Origin: Bacillota bacterium
GTDB taxonomy: Bacteria > Bacillota > Sulfobacillia > JABLXB01
Reading direction: 5' to 3'
Length of the DNA: 32,000 nucleotides
Assembly: GCA_013178305.1 (NCBI GenBank)
Contig: JABLXB010000001.1
Span: forward strand, 656,253 to 688,252
In this document: one piece after another, positions 17,888 through 26,826 of the stretch
How positions within the stretch are numbered: the first letter of the stretch is position 1
Layout of the letters: every line of letters starts with the position of its first letter
Position numbers and translations under genes: made by a program
The notes under the pieces: model-generated
Databases searched by the model: none
Told to the model about the DNA's origin: nothing
What the model saw: only the letters and a program-made list of their open reading frames with translations

Positions 17888-19389
17888 TGCCAGTCCTCGA
17901 AAATGCCCCCCAGAAGGACGGGCACAAACCGGCGATACTGTTCAAGACGCTCTTGATGCAGCCTGGCCCGCTCCGGACTTGGCTGGTGAGTACGGCTCGT
18001 CGCCGAGAGAGCAGAACTGGCTTCGTCGATATCACTGAAGACTCCCACGCCCAATCCGGCGAGAAGCGCTGCGCCGAATGTCCCGGGTTCTTCCTCCGCG
18101 GCGACCTCAATTGGGACGCCCATCATGTCAGACTTGAGCTGCGTCCACCATTCGGATCGGGTTCCACCTCCGGTTGCGCGGATTTGATCAACCAATACGC
18201 CCTCTTCTCGCAACAACGAAAGGGTATTCACATGGTCATATGCGATACTCTCCATGAAAGCCTGGACAATCTCTGCCGGTTGGGTTGCCAGTGTCAGCCC
18301 GATGAGCGCGCCGCGCAGCTTGCGCCCGCCACGCCAGTAGAGCATCGCACCGGAAAGATACGGCAGTGCCAGGACAGGGCTGGGGTCGCCTCCACGTCGG
18401 GACAGCTGTTCTGTGAACTCTGCGATCGAGAGGCTGACCGTATCGCGCGCCCAGTTAAGGACCGCATTCCCGGTCGGGCAGATCGCGTAAACCGATCGTT
18501 CGATTCGACCAAAATGCGGCGTTATCGACAATCCCCGAAGCAGCATCGATGGAGTAGGGAATTGCGTTGTCGGAATGAGCATGTTCTCATACGAGCCGCT
18601 AATCAGGCAGGCCGTACCCAGGCGGGAAGCCCCCGCACCGATTCCTGCGCAGTTCAGATCGTGCCCACCTGACACAATGACAAGGTCTGATGGAAGGCCG
18701 AGTTCATCGGAGACCCTCCGGAGAACCGGGCCTATCGCGGTTCCGCCAGGAAGAACCTCCGGCAGAAACTCCGGCGGGATTTCATACTCGGCGAGCCGTT
18801 CAGGCGACCAGGCATTGGTCTTCAAGTCGTAAACCAGCCATCGAGCAACCAGGCTTGGTTCACTGACATTCCGTCCGCACAGTCGCTGCGTAAGGAAGCC
18901 ATGCCAATCCGGGTAACCTCTCGCCTTATGAATCACCTCAGGATGGTACTTCCGCCACCAGAGCAGCCGTAATACCGGATCCATCCTCTCCCGTAAGTGT
19001 CCGCAGGAGAGCTCCCATGCTTCAGGCAGGGGCGCTTCATGAAGGGGCACGCCAGCGGGATGAGCCTCAAACTCCGATCCACGCACATCTGCCCCCATTA
19101 TGTTGTTTCCGAGGGGAGTCCCGTCTTCATCGGCCGGAAAGTTCTCCCGCCCCGAGGCACTGATGGCGAGCGCTTTCGGGGGATCGCGGCGGACCAATTC
19201 CATCCGCATTAATTCGCAAAGCCCGCGAGCCGCGGCCCGCCAGACCTCTTCGGGATCCTGTTCCCACAAACCGGGAGCCGGGTGCAGCGGAGAAATATCG
19301 TGCTTAACCCCGGCCAGGAATCTCCCTTCTTCGCTGTATGCAGAGATCTTCACTGAACTCGAGCCCACGTCAATCCCAAATAGGCTCAT
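17884..19389 (-). CDS. FGGY-family carbohydrate kinase (xylulokinase-like)
   Basis: MSLFGIDVGSSSVKISAYSEEGR; LVIVSGGHDLNCAGIGAG; IRATGGGTRSEWWTQLKSDMMGVPIEV...EEPGTFGAALLAG. Confidence 0.9.
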   Translation of the reverse strand: MSLFGIDVGSSSVKISAYSEEGRFLAGVKHDISPLHPAPGLWEQDPEEVWRAAARGLCELMRMELVRRDPPKALAISASGRENFPADEDGTPLGNNIMGADVRGSEFEAHPAGVPLHEAPLPEAWELSCGHLRERMDPVLRLLWWRKYHPEVIHKARGYPDWHGFLTQRLCGRNVSEPSLVARWLVYDLKTNAWSPERLAEYEIPPEFLPEVLPGGTAIGPVLRRVSDELGLPSDLVIVSGGHDLNCAGIGAGASRLGTACLISGSYENMLIPTTQFPTPSMLLRGLSITPHFGRIERSVYAICPTGNAVLNWARDTVSLSIAEFTEQLSRRGGDPSPVLALPYLSGAMLYWRGGRKLRGALIGLTLATQPAEIVQAFMESIAYDHVNTLSLLREEGVLVDQIRATGGGTRSEWWTQLKSDMMGVPIEVAAEEEPGTFGAALLAGLGVGVFSDIDEASSALSATSRTHQPSPERARLHQERLEQYRRFVPVLLGGIFEDWH

Positions 19390-19400
19390 GAGTCTCTCCC

Positions 19401-20165
19401 CTATTCGGCATTGGTAATGAAACCGCCGTCCACCAGCAGCTCCGCACTGGTAACATAGCTCGCGTCTTCACTGAGCAGGAAAGCAACCGCGCCGGCGATT
19501 TCGGATGCCTCACCGATCCTGCCCATCGAAATCCGCTCTTCGTAGTAGGCGCGAGCCGGGCCGTTTGGATCCAGCAATTCAGCGCTCATATCTGTGAGTA
19601 TTGCGCCTGGCAGAACGACATTGACCCGGATTCCGTGTCTTCCCAGGACCTGCGCGAGAGCCTTTGTCATCATCCAAATCCCGGCTTTAGTTGCACAATA
19701 GACGGTCTGCTCCTTGGCGGAAACCCAGGCGGAAATTGATGACACGGTTACGATCGCCCCGCCGTGCCCTTCTTTGATCATCTGTTTTGCAGCCGCCTGG
19801 CAGACCACCCAGGTACCCCTCAAATTCGTTTCCTGAATACGGTTGTAGTCATCGATAGTGGTTTCATCCCATTTGAGCAACGGGTTGATTGCGGCATTAC
19901 TCACAAGGAAGTCCAACCGGCCTCCGATTCGGGCAACCTCCGAGACCATCGAGACTACCTGTTCCGGTTCACGCATGTCAGCCGCTACCGGAAACCCCTT
20001 TCCGCCAACCTTCTTTATCCTGTCGAGGGTCGCGGCTGGATCGCTCGTTGGACGATGATTAACCGCCACGGTTGCGCCCTCGGATGCCAGCCGGATGGCG
20101 CAGGCCTGTCCAATTCCCCGGGTAGCGCCTGTCACCAACGCCACTTTGCCATCAAACCGTCCCAT
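19401..20165 (-). CDS. Short-chain dehydrogenase/reductase (FabG-like)
   Basis: VALVTGATRGIGQACAIRLA, VSNAAIN, YCATKAG (YxxxK). Confidence 0.93.
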   Translation of the reverse strand: MGRFDGKVALVTGATRGIGQACAIRLASEGATVAVNHRPTSDPAATLDRIKKVGGKGFPVAADMREPEQVVSMVSEVARIGGRLDFLVSNAAINPLLKWDETTIDDYNRIQETNLRGTWVVCQAAAKQMIKEGHGGAIVTVSSISAWVSAKEQTVYCATKAGIWMMTKALAQVLGRHGIRVNVVLPGAILTDMSAELLDPNGPARAYYEERISMGRIGEASEIAGAVAFLLSEDASYVTSAELLVDGGFITNAE

Positions 20166-20200
20166 TTCCCCTCACCTTTTGACCGGATTGTTTTGGTCTT

Positions 20201-20977
20201 TCACTGTGCAATTCGAGAGAGGGCTCCCGGCAAGGTTTGCCCGCCGTCGACCGGGATCACCGCTCCCGTCACAAAAGATGCCTCGGCACTGGCTAACCAG
20301 ACAATCCAGGCCGCCAACTCCTCCGCTGTCCCCATCCGTTTCAGAGGCAGCTCACGGGTCATCCGCTCGTAAGCGCCCGCCACATCGTTCCCTGCCCAGG
20401 TCAGGTGGATCGGGGTGTCAACCGGGCCGGGGGCAATGCAGTTCACCCGGATGCTCGGAGCCAGTTCGGCCGCCAGAGACCGGGTCAGGTATTCCAGGGC
20501 CGCCTTTGAAGTCCCGTACATTGATTGCCCAGGGATCGCCAGCGAACCAGAAGAGGACGAAATATTGATGACAGACGCTGACGCCGATTTTCTCAAATGC
20601 GGCAAGGCCGCCTGGATCAAGAAATAGGGCGCTCGTACATTTACTGCCATGTGCCGGTCGAAAAGCTCAAGCGTAGCCCGGTCAATGGGCTTATGGTCTA
20701 TAGCAGCCGCGTTATTGACTACGATATCCACCCGCCCCCAGGCATGCACGACCTGGTCGACAATGCGAGCTGGGGCTGATGGCTGCCCAAGATCAGCCGG
20801 AACCGGCATGGCCTGCCCACCCCTGTCGCGTATTGAACGCGCCACCTCTTCAATGGGTTCAATTCTTCTTCCAACCAAAGCAACCGCCGTCCCAATAGCG
20901 GCCAGACCCCGTGCGGCAGCGGCCCCGATTCCCGTCCCACCCCCGGTAATAATCGCGACCCGTTCGACTTGTGTCAT
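20201..20977 (-). CDS. Short-chain dehydrogenase/reductase
   Basis: VAIITGGGTGIGAAAARGLA, VNNAAAI, YGTSKAA (YxxxK). Confidence 0.93.
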   Translation of the reverse strand: MTQVERVAIITGGGTGIGAAAARGLAAIGTAVALVGRRIEPIEEVARSIRDRGGQAMPVPADLGQPSAPARIVDQVVHAWGRVDIVVNNAAAIDHKPIDRATLELFDRHMAVNVRAPYFLIQAALPHLRKSASASVINISSSSGSLAIPGQSMYGTSKAALEYLTRSLAAELAPSIRVNCIAPGPVDTPIHLTWAGNDVAGAYERMTRELPLKRMGTAEELAAWIVWLASAEASFVTGAVIPVDGGQTLPGALSRIAQ

Positions 20978-21027
20978 GAATGGTTCTCCCCTCTTGCACT
21001 GCGCGCTCGTTGGCTTCGCTCCACCGG

Positions 21028-21981
21028 TCAGAATACTGCGATCGGGTTAAATGGAGAACCTGTCCCCTTCGGCAGGCGCAATGGGGCAATGACAACCATG
21101 AACTCAAATCGGCCTTCCTGCTCGCTCACTTGCGCCAACTCTTCCAACTGGAGGCTGTCCGCACATACCATTCCCATAGCGGTAATCTGAAGTGGATGGA
21201 TCGGATATTGTATTCCCTCAACGTACGATGGGACGACCTCACCATCTCCGTCGGGTAAGAAAACAGAGACCTTCCGCTCATGCAGCAGGGTCAGGCTGTA
21301 GGGATCAAGGCCCGCACGCCCCTCGCCTGTATAACCGGGATCCCAGGCTCCAAGCTCCAGGCGCCGGCGGTGATGCCCGGTCCGGAAGACCATGATGTCG
21401 CCCTCGTCGAGCCGGACGCCTTCAGCTCGTTCAACAGCTTCGATTTCATCGCGGGTAACCGCCTCGCCGGGTTCCAGCCATTTCACACCCCGGTAGCGCG
21501 GAACGTCGATCAGCACACCGCGTCCAACTATCCCGTGAGCATACGTGGTGATATCGTACCGGTCTGCACCCCGGACGGTCACGGATGCAGCAGGCCATCC
21601 ATTGTAAAGCGATCCCTTGTATGCAATGTGGCACAGCGCATCGATGTGAGTGTGGCAGTCGCCGTGGAATTGCATGCCGAGGAAATCGGTCGCAAACCGC
21701 AATTCTCCGGAACCAATGTCGATATCGTGCGTATTTGCCATGTAGTGAATGGCCGGATTCGGGTTATCCGGGCCGGCGAAGGCATTGATCGGGATCGCCA
21801 TGGATACGCTGCGACCGCTCCTGACAAGGGCTGCGGCCGCCCTTATTTTCTCAGGCGTAATATAATTCAGAGTACCCCTGTCATCATCAGGTCCCCATTT
21901 GCCCCAGTTCTTGAGGGACTCGAACAGCCGGTCAAAATCGTCTATGGAGATCTCGGGGCGCGTAGATTCGAGCATTTCCAT
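21028..21981 (-). CDS. Cyclase family protein (kynurenine formamidase-like metal hydrolase)
   Basis: MQFHGDCHTHIDALCHIAYKG close to the HxGTHxDxxxH signature; RGVLIDVPRY; GDIMVFRTGHH. Confidence 0.88.
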   Translation of the reverse strand: MEMLESTRPEISIDDFDRLFESLKNWGKWGPDDDRGTLNYITPEKIRAAAALVRSGRSVSMAIPINAFAGPDNPNPAIHYMANTHDIDIGSGELRFATDFLGMQFHGDCHTHIDALCHIAYKGSLYNGWPAASVTVRGADRYDITTYAHGIVGRGVLIDVPRYRGVKWLEPGEAVTRDEIEAVERAEGVRLDEGDIMVFRTGHHRRRLELGAWDPGYTGEGRAGLDPYSLTLLHERKVSVFLPDGDGEVVPSYVEGIQYPIHPLQITAMGMVCADSLQLEELAQVSEQEGRFEFMVVIAPLRLPKGTGSPFNPIAVF

Positions 21982-22060
21982 CCTTCCTCACCGGCCGGTT
22001 ACCTGGCCCCGTCCGGACAAGTGCCAATGGACGGAGCCAGGGCAACACCGACTAATATTG

Positions 22061-23128
22061 CTACTGTTTCTTGGCGTTCTTCTCCGCCTCTTCCATGTAT
22101 TGCATCACCGCATCAACGTTATCGGGCGTAACGATCAACAGACCCGAATCGATCGTGCGAGGCATCCAGTTGCAGGTCCAGGGGTCAATCCCGCCGATGC
22201 GGATCGAGTTGTTGTGCCAGCTGTAAAGAAAGAACAGGGCCATGTAATTCATGACGTCGTATTTTTCCATCGTGACCATCTGGATTTTACCATTCTTGAT
22301 GTTGTTCAGGAACTCGCGTCCGGCCTCATTGCATGTCACAATAACCTTCCCAGACACACGAGCCTCATCTAGAGCGGCAATAATGCCGGGGCCGGCCTCG
22401 GAGTCAAGGCCGATAATGCCCGTCAGGTTCCGGAAGGCTTTGAGAAGGGCTCCAACCCGCTGCGCAGCCAGGTCTGCCTGCGAGTCGTTGTCTTCTTCCG
22501 CTACTACCGTGATTCCCGTCCCTTTGAGGGTATCTTTTATGCCCTGCCGTGAACGCTGCATGTTTTCATTTTGAATTGGGGAGATCACCGCAACCTGTCC
22601 GGTAGTCAATCCGCGTTTCTTGTGCTCCGCAATCTGGTATTCCGCCATGCGGACGCCAAGCTGGTACCAGTCCGTGCCTACATAGGCAAGACGGTTGGAT
22701 TTGAAGAGATCCCCATCCGTTACAACCACCGGCACCTTCATGGCGATGGCCTTATTCACCGGCTCGGTCAGGGCCGGATCCCAACCACCCACCACGATGA
22801 TCCCGGCCGGCTTGCGGGCGGCTTCCTGCTCCACCGTGGCGATGTAAGCCGCCAGGTCAACGGTCGTCGGGCCGGCTTTGCGAACCTTTACGCCAAAGTC
22901 CCGGGCGAAGGCGTCCAGGGCGGGATAAACCCGTTCCACAAAAAGCGGCAGGCTGGAACACTGAGAGATCCACACGTATTCCTGATTAGCGCGGTCAGAC
23001 CCACCGATCTTGCCAACCTGGGTAACCTGCTTGTCCTCGCTTTTTGGTGGAGTTGTGGCAGCCTGGGAACAACCTGCTAGCAGAACAGCGAGCAACAGAA
23101 TGGAAATTGCCCTCCACATAGTCTTCAT
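22061..23128 (-). CDS. Sugar ABC transporter substrate-binding lipoprotein
   Basis: Start re-assigned from 23215 to ATG 23128 (MKTMWRAISILLLAVLLAGCSQ lipobox) with upstream GAAAGGAG; body GIIVVGGWDPALTEPVNKAIAMKVPVVVTDGDLFKSNRLAYVGTDWYQ, GLDSEAGPGIIAALDE typical of periplasmic binding proteins. Confidence 0.93.
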   Translation of the reverse strand: MKTMWRAISILLLAVLLAGCSQAATTPPKSEDKQVTQVGKIGGSDRANQEYVWISQCSSLPLFVERVYPALDAFARDFGVKVRKAGPTTVDLAAYIATVEQEAARKPAGIIVVGGWDPALTEPVNKAIAMKVPVVVTDGDLFKSNRLAYVGTDWYQLGVRMAEYQIAEHKKRGLTTGQVAVISPIQNENMQRSRQGIKDTLKGTGITVVAEEDNDSQADLAAQRVGALLKAFRNLTGIIGLDSEAGPGIIAALDEARVSGKVIVTCNEAGREFLNNIKNGKIQMVTMEKYDVMNYMALFFLYSWHNNSIRIGGIDPWTCNWMPRTIDSGLLIVTPDNVDAVMQYMEEAEKNAKKQ

Positions 23129-23211
23129 CTTGAGATACTCCTTTCGGGATACTCTTCTTGCCGGCCCCTGTCCTCGGTATGTCGGTGGTTCTTTCACCCC
23201 TCTCTCCAGGT

Positions 23212-24210
23212 TCACCGTCTGCTCCTGCCGATCTGATCAATACCAAGTGCCGCAAGCAAGACAATGCCGACCACGATACTCTGCCAGAAGACTGGCACGC
23301 GGGCAATGATCAAGGCGTTCTGGATAAGAGACATGAATAGTACAGCAAGAAGCGCGCCGGGGATCGTGCCAACCCCGCCTGTCAAGCTGGCGCCGCCAAG
23401 GATCGCCGCTGTGATCGCACGCAGCTCTGTCCCTACCCCGGCAAGCACAACCGCGTTGCTTAACCGCGACGCCAACAGGGTTCCAGCCAGGCCAGACAGC
23501 AATCCCATCAGCGCAAAACCGGCGAAAACCACTCTGTTCACCTTGATTCCCGACAGCATGGCAGCCTTCGCATTGCTGCCGATGTAATAGAACTGGCGGA
23601 AATACCGGGTCCTGCTCATTGCGAACCAGGCGGCTAACGCAACGATCAGCATGACCCAGAAAGGCGACTGCAACCCGAGGATCATCGCCTGTCCGAACGG
23701 GCGGAATCCTTCAGGCAGGTTGGCTACACCGGAAGGAGAAACGAGCTGGGTGACGCCTCGCAAGATGTTCTGCATAGCCAGGGTGGTAATCAGCGCATTG
23801 ATCCGTAGCCGGGTGACGATCAGGCCGTTGACCACGCCAACGAACAGGCCGGTAAGAACGCCTCCCAGGAACCCCACTCCGGGGGGTAGACCCCACAGCT
23901 TGACCATGGTACCGGCCATAATCCCGCCAAAGGCCAGCGTGGCCCCAACAGAGAGATCAAACATGCCGGCAACCAGCAGGATCATCATCCCGACGGTGAG
24001 GATGCCACTCTGAGCAGCGTCCAACAGAACGGCAGTGAAATTGTCCCAGTGGGGAAACGCTTCGGGATGCTGGTACGTCATATAGCCGCCGAGCAGAGCC
24101 AGCAAGACGATGAGCAGCAAGACCCGGTCCTCGGCAACCCGTTTGGCTATTCGTCTTGGCAGAGAATTACTGGATTGTCTTCGCGCGGTGTATTGCGCTG
24201 TCTGTGGCAT
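23212..24210 (-). CDS. Ribose/galactoside-type ABC transporter permease (RbsC-like)
   Basis: ILLVAGMFDLSVGATLAFGGIMAG; IVTRLRINALITTLAMQNILRGVTQL; GASLTGGVGTIPGALLAV. Confidence 0.93.
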   Translation of the reverse strand: MPQTAQYTARRQSSNSLPRRIAKRVAEDRVLLLIVLLALLGGYMTYQHPEAFPHWDNFTAVLLDAAQSGILTVGMMILLVAGMFDLSVGATLAFGGIMAGTMVKLWGLPPGVGFLGGVLTGLFVGVVNGLIVTRLRINALITTLAMQNILRGVTQLVSPSGVANLPEGFRPFGQAMILGLQSPFWVMLIVALAAWFAMSRTRYFRQFYYIGSNAKAAMLSGIKVNRVVFAGFALMGLLSGLAGTLLASRLSNAVVLAGVGTELRAITAAILGGASLTGGVGTIPGALLAVLFMSLIQNALIIARVPVFWQSIVVGIVLLAALGIDQIGRSRR

Positions 24211-24213
24211 CGC

Positions 24214-25773
24214 TTATCGGATTCCTCCCTCTGCTACCGCGCTCATGGGCGTGGCCATCTGCAGAATGGCAACTTCATCTACAGCGCCTGCATCTAATTC
24301 CCCCACTGTACGACCTTCGGACATCACAACAATGCGGTGGGCCAGCGCCAAAACCTCTGGTAGATCGGATGATACTACCAGCAAGGCTACACCTTCGCGA
24401 GCCAAATCCCGTAGAATTGCATACAGATCCGACTTCGCACCGACATCGACCCCTCTTGTCGGTTCATCCACAATAAACAGTCTCGGTTTGCGCGCCAACC
24501 ACTTCGCAAGCAGGACTTTTTGTTGATTACCCCCGCTTAAGAACATGACCTCACGTTCCACGCTGGGGGTAGCCACCCGGAGCGCCTTACAGGACCGAAC
24601 CGCAAGGTCCTTCACCATCCGGTTATCAATGATGCCGTTTCGGCATACAGCATCCATGTTAGTAGCCGCGATATTGCTCGAGATACTCGAAGCCAGGAAT
24701 AGACCTGCTTCACGCCTGTCCTCAGGCAACATCCCAATTCCGGCTTTCATGGCATCAACCGGATGGGTTGGAACCAGCTCTCTCCCGCCGATCCGAATTG
24801 TGCCGGAAATGATGTCCCGAATACCGAATATGGCTTCACATAATTCTGTGCGACCCGCTCCGACTAGACCTGCGAGGCAGACAATTTCTCCTGCGCGAAC
24901 CCTGAGCGACGCGCCCTTAACCGGAGGGGCGACCAGGTTCTCAACCTCAAGAACGACTGGGGCTTCCGCTGGAGCCCGCCTGCTGTCCCGTTCAAATGAC
25001 AGTTCTCGCCCCACCTCAAGGTGGATGATCTCGTCGGGCGAAGTCCTGGCGGTCTCCCGAACACCGGTGACCTTCCCGTCCTTGAGTACTGTCACCCGAT
25101 CGGCAACTTCAAAGACCTCTCCCAGCCGGTGGGTCACATAGATGATTGCCACCCCACGGTCCGCCAGGCGGCGGAGCACTTTAAACAGGTGGCGGGACTC
25201 GTTGATCGTTAACGACGACGTTGGTTCATCGAGCATGAGGATTTGTACGTCTTGAGAGAGGGCTTTCGCGATTTCAACCAGTTGGCGTTGGCCGGGAGAC
25301 AACTGAACAACCGGTGTGGATGGATCGATGAAGACATCGAGGTCTTTCAAGAGGCCCTCGGTGATTCCGCGCATCCGGGGGAAATCAACCACGCCCATTG
25401 ACGTGACCGGTTGGCGTCCAGCGAATATGTTCTCCGACACATTTAACGGAGGAAACAGGCTCCCCTCTTGAAATACGATTGCTACTCCCGACTCCTGCGC
25501 AGCCTTTTCATCTGCTGGCGAATAAGGCCTTCCCTTGATTTCCATGAAGCCCTTATCTGGACGGTACACCCCGGCGATGATGTGCATGAGGGTTGATTTC
25601 CCTGCGCCGTTCTCCCCGACGACCGCATGGACTTCCCCCGGGGCAACCTCGAACGATACGTCATCGAGGGCCACTACGCCTGGAAAGACCTTGGTTACAT
25701 GATGGACACCTAATTGCGGAGGAATTCGAGAAGCATTGTCGACGACCTGGTTTGGCACAGCCAACTTTCGCAC
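24214..25773 (-). CDS. Sugar ABC transporter ATP-binding protein, two ABC domains (RbsA/MglA-like)
   Basis: AVVGENGAGKSTLMHIIAGVYRPD; VQLSPGQRQLVEIAKALSQDVQILMLDEPTSSLT; degenerate second Walker A LAGLVGAGRTELCEAIFG; FLSGGNQQKVLLAKWLARKPRLFIVDEPTRGVDVGAK. Confidence 0.95.
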   Translation of the reverse strand: MRKLAVPNQVVDNASRIPPQLGVHHVTKVFPGVVALDDVSFEVAPGEVHAVVGENGAGKSTLMHIIAGVYRPDKGFMEIKGRPYSPADEKAAQESGVAIVFQEGSLFPPLNVSENIFAGRQPVTSMGVVDFPRMRGITEGLLKDLDVFIDPSTPVVQLSPGQRQLVEIAKALSQDVQILMLDEPTSSLTINESRHLFKVLRRLADRGVAIIYVTHRLGEVFEVADRVTVLKDGKVTGVRETARTSPDEIIHLEVGRELSFERDSRRAPAEAPVVLEVENLVAPPVKGASLRVRAGEIVCLAGLVGAGRTELCEAIFGIRDIISGTIRIGGRELVPTHPVDAMKAGIGMLPEDRREAGLFLASSISSNIAATNMDAVCRNGIIDNRMVKDLAVRSCKALRVATPSVEREVMFLSGGNQQKVLLAKWLARKPRLFIVDEPTRGVDVGAKSDLYAILRDLAREGVALLVVSSDLPEVLALAHRIVVMSEGRTVGELDAGAVDEVAILQMATPMSAVAEGGIR

Positions 25774-25823
25774 ACCCCCGAAGACTATGAACCAGAGGGC
25801 CCGGAGTGTTCACGCATGAAGAA

Positions 25824-25842
25824 TGTTCATCTTTCACGAACA
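25824..25842. promoter_or_regulatory. Candidate operator palindrome overlapping the expected transcription start
   Basis: TGTTCatctttcacGAACA, 5-bp arms with 9-nt centre; a further TGTTCA half-site at 25807-25812. Confidence 0.35.
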
Positions 25843-25870
25843 ATGATAACACAGAATTGGTCAAGATCAA
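25843..25870 (-). promoter_or_regulatory. Candidate sigma-A promoter for the minus-strand ABC/kinase operon
   Basis: Minus strand TTGATC (25870-25865), 16-nt spacer, TATCAT (25848-25843), upstream of the gene starting at 25773. Confidence 0.45.
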
Positions 25871-26011
25871 TCCCTTAAATCGTTGGATCTTCGTCGTTGG
25901 GCGCTAACTGACAGGCTGGCTGACGGACGGCTGGAACTTTCTCCCCGGCAGTTCGTCGTAGAGCCGTATTCGAGAAGACCCCGTGGCCACGAGGGAATTA
26001 TATCAGGGGTG

Positions 26012-26764
26012 ATGTCTGTGGACAGGCGAAAGGCTTTCATGGCGATCGGGCTGGCCGTGGCGCTTTTCTGCGCGGCGGCGTTTGCGGGACTGGCGGGCAG
26101 GGTTCAACCGCGGGCTGCGGTGGCCGAGGAAAGCTCGCAGCGCGTGATTGCGGCGACGGGAGAAGCGACAGTCAGCGCGAAGCCGGATATCGCGTACGTG
26201 GGGCTCGGAGTGCAAGCACAGGCTGACACTGCAAGGGAGGCTCAGAGCCAGAACTCCGCGGCGATGAGCCGCGTGATGGCTGCGCTCGCTAAGCTTGGCA
26301 TAGCCAACGACGACATCAAGACGTCGCGGTTCAACATGTACCCCGTATACGACTACAAGCCCGAGCCGGACCAGCAACCGAAGCTTGTCGGGTACCGGGT
26401 CGACAACTCCATCCGGATTACCGTCAGGGATCTGAGTCGCGTGGGAACCGTGCTCGACGAGTGCGTGAAGGCCGGCGCGAACCAGGTCGAGACCGTGACG
26501 TTCTCACTCAAGGACGCGACGAACTACCGGATGCAGGCGCTCGAGGAGGCGGCGCGCAGCTCGCGCGCCGAGGCGGATGCCATGGCCAGGGGCCTCGGGC
26601 TCACGATCACCGGCATTAAGGCCGTGCAGGAACTGTCTTCGTCGGTGCCGCGATACGAGTTCACGATGATGGACGCCATGCCCAGAGGTATGGGCGCAAG
26701 CGCCCCGGTGGCGCCCGGGCAGATAGAGGTCAGGGCCGAGGTACGGGTCGAGTACACATATTGA
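26012..26764 (+). CDS. SIMPL-domain (DUF541) secreted protein
   Basis: MSVDRRKAFMAIGLAVALFCAAAFAGLAG signal-like segment; VIAATGEATVSAKPDIAYVGLGVQAQADTAREAQSQNS...IANDDIKTSRFNMYPVYDY. ATG 26012 preferred over ORF-track 25883. Confidence 0.88.
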   Translation: MSVDRRKAFMAIGLAVALFCAAAFAGLAGRVQPRAAVAEESSQRVIAATGEATVSAKPDIAYVGLGVQAQADTAREAQSQNSAAMSRVMAALAKLGIANDDIKTSRFNMYPVYDYKPEPDQQPKLVGYRVDNSIRITVRDLSRVGTVLDECVKAGANQVETVTFSLKDATNYRMQALEEAARSSRAEADAMARGLGLTITGIKAVQELSSSVPRYEFTMMDAMPRGMGASAPVAPGQIEVRAEVRVEYTY

Positions 26765-26782
26765 ACAGTCGCTGCGAACACC

Positions 26783-26811
26783 GGCACCCGCCCGTCAGCG
26801 GCGCGGGTGCC
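26783..26811. terminator. Hairpin between convergent genes, likely bidirectional terminator
   Basis: GGCACCCGC (26783-26791) / GCGGGTGCC (26803-26811), 9-bp perfect stem and 11-nt loop; T-rich tract is weak. Confidence 0.5.
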
Positions 26812-26826
26812 ACTGTTTCCGGGCGT

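Noticed and set aside
25900-25945. Short ggctgg/gacgg repeats near 25.9 kb considered as an attachment site or mobile element edge
   Set aside because: Too short and imperfect; no matching copy was noticed near 12.7 kb or 4.5 kb and no recombinase gene is present.
25883-26011. N-terminal extension of the SIMPL ORF (LDLRRWALTDRLADGRLELS...)
   Set aside because: Precedes a clear signal-peptide start at 26012; could be a gene remnant but I recognise no family, so no separate feature is called.
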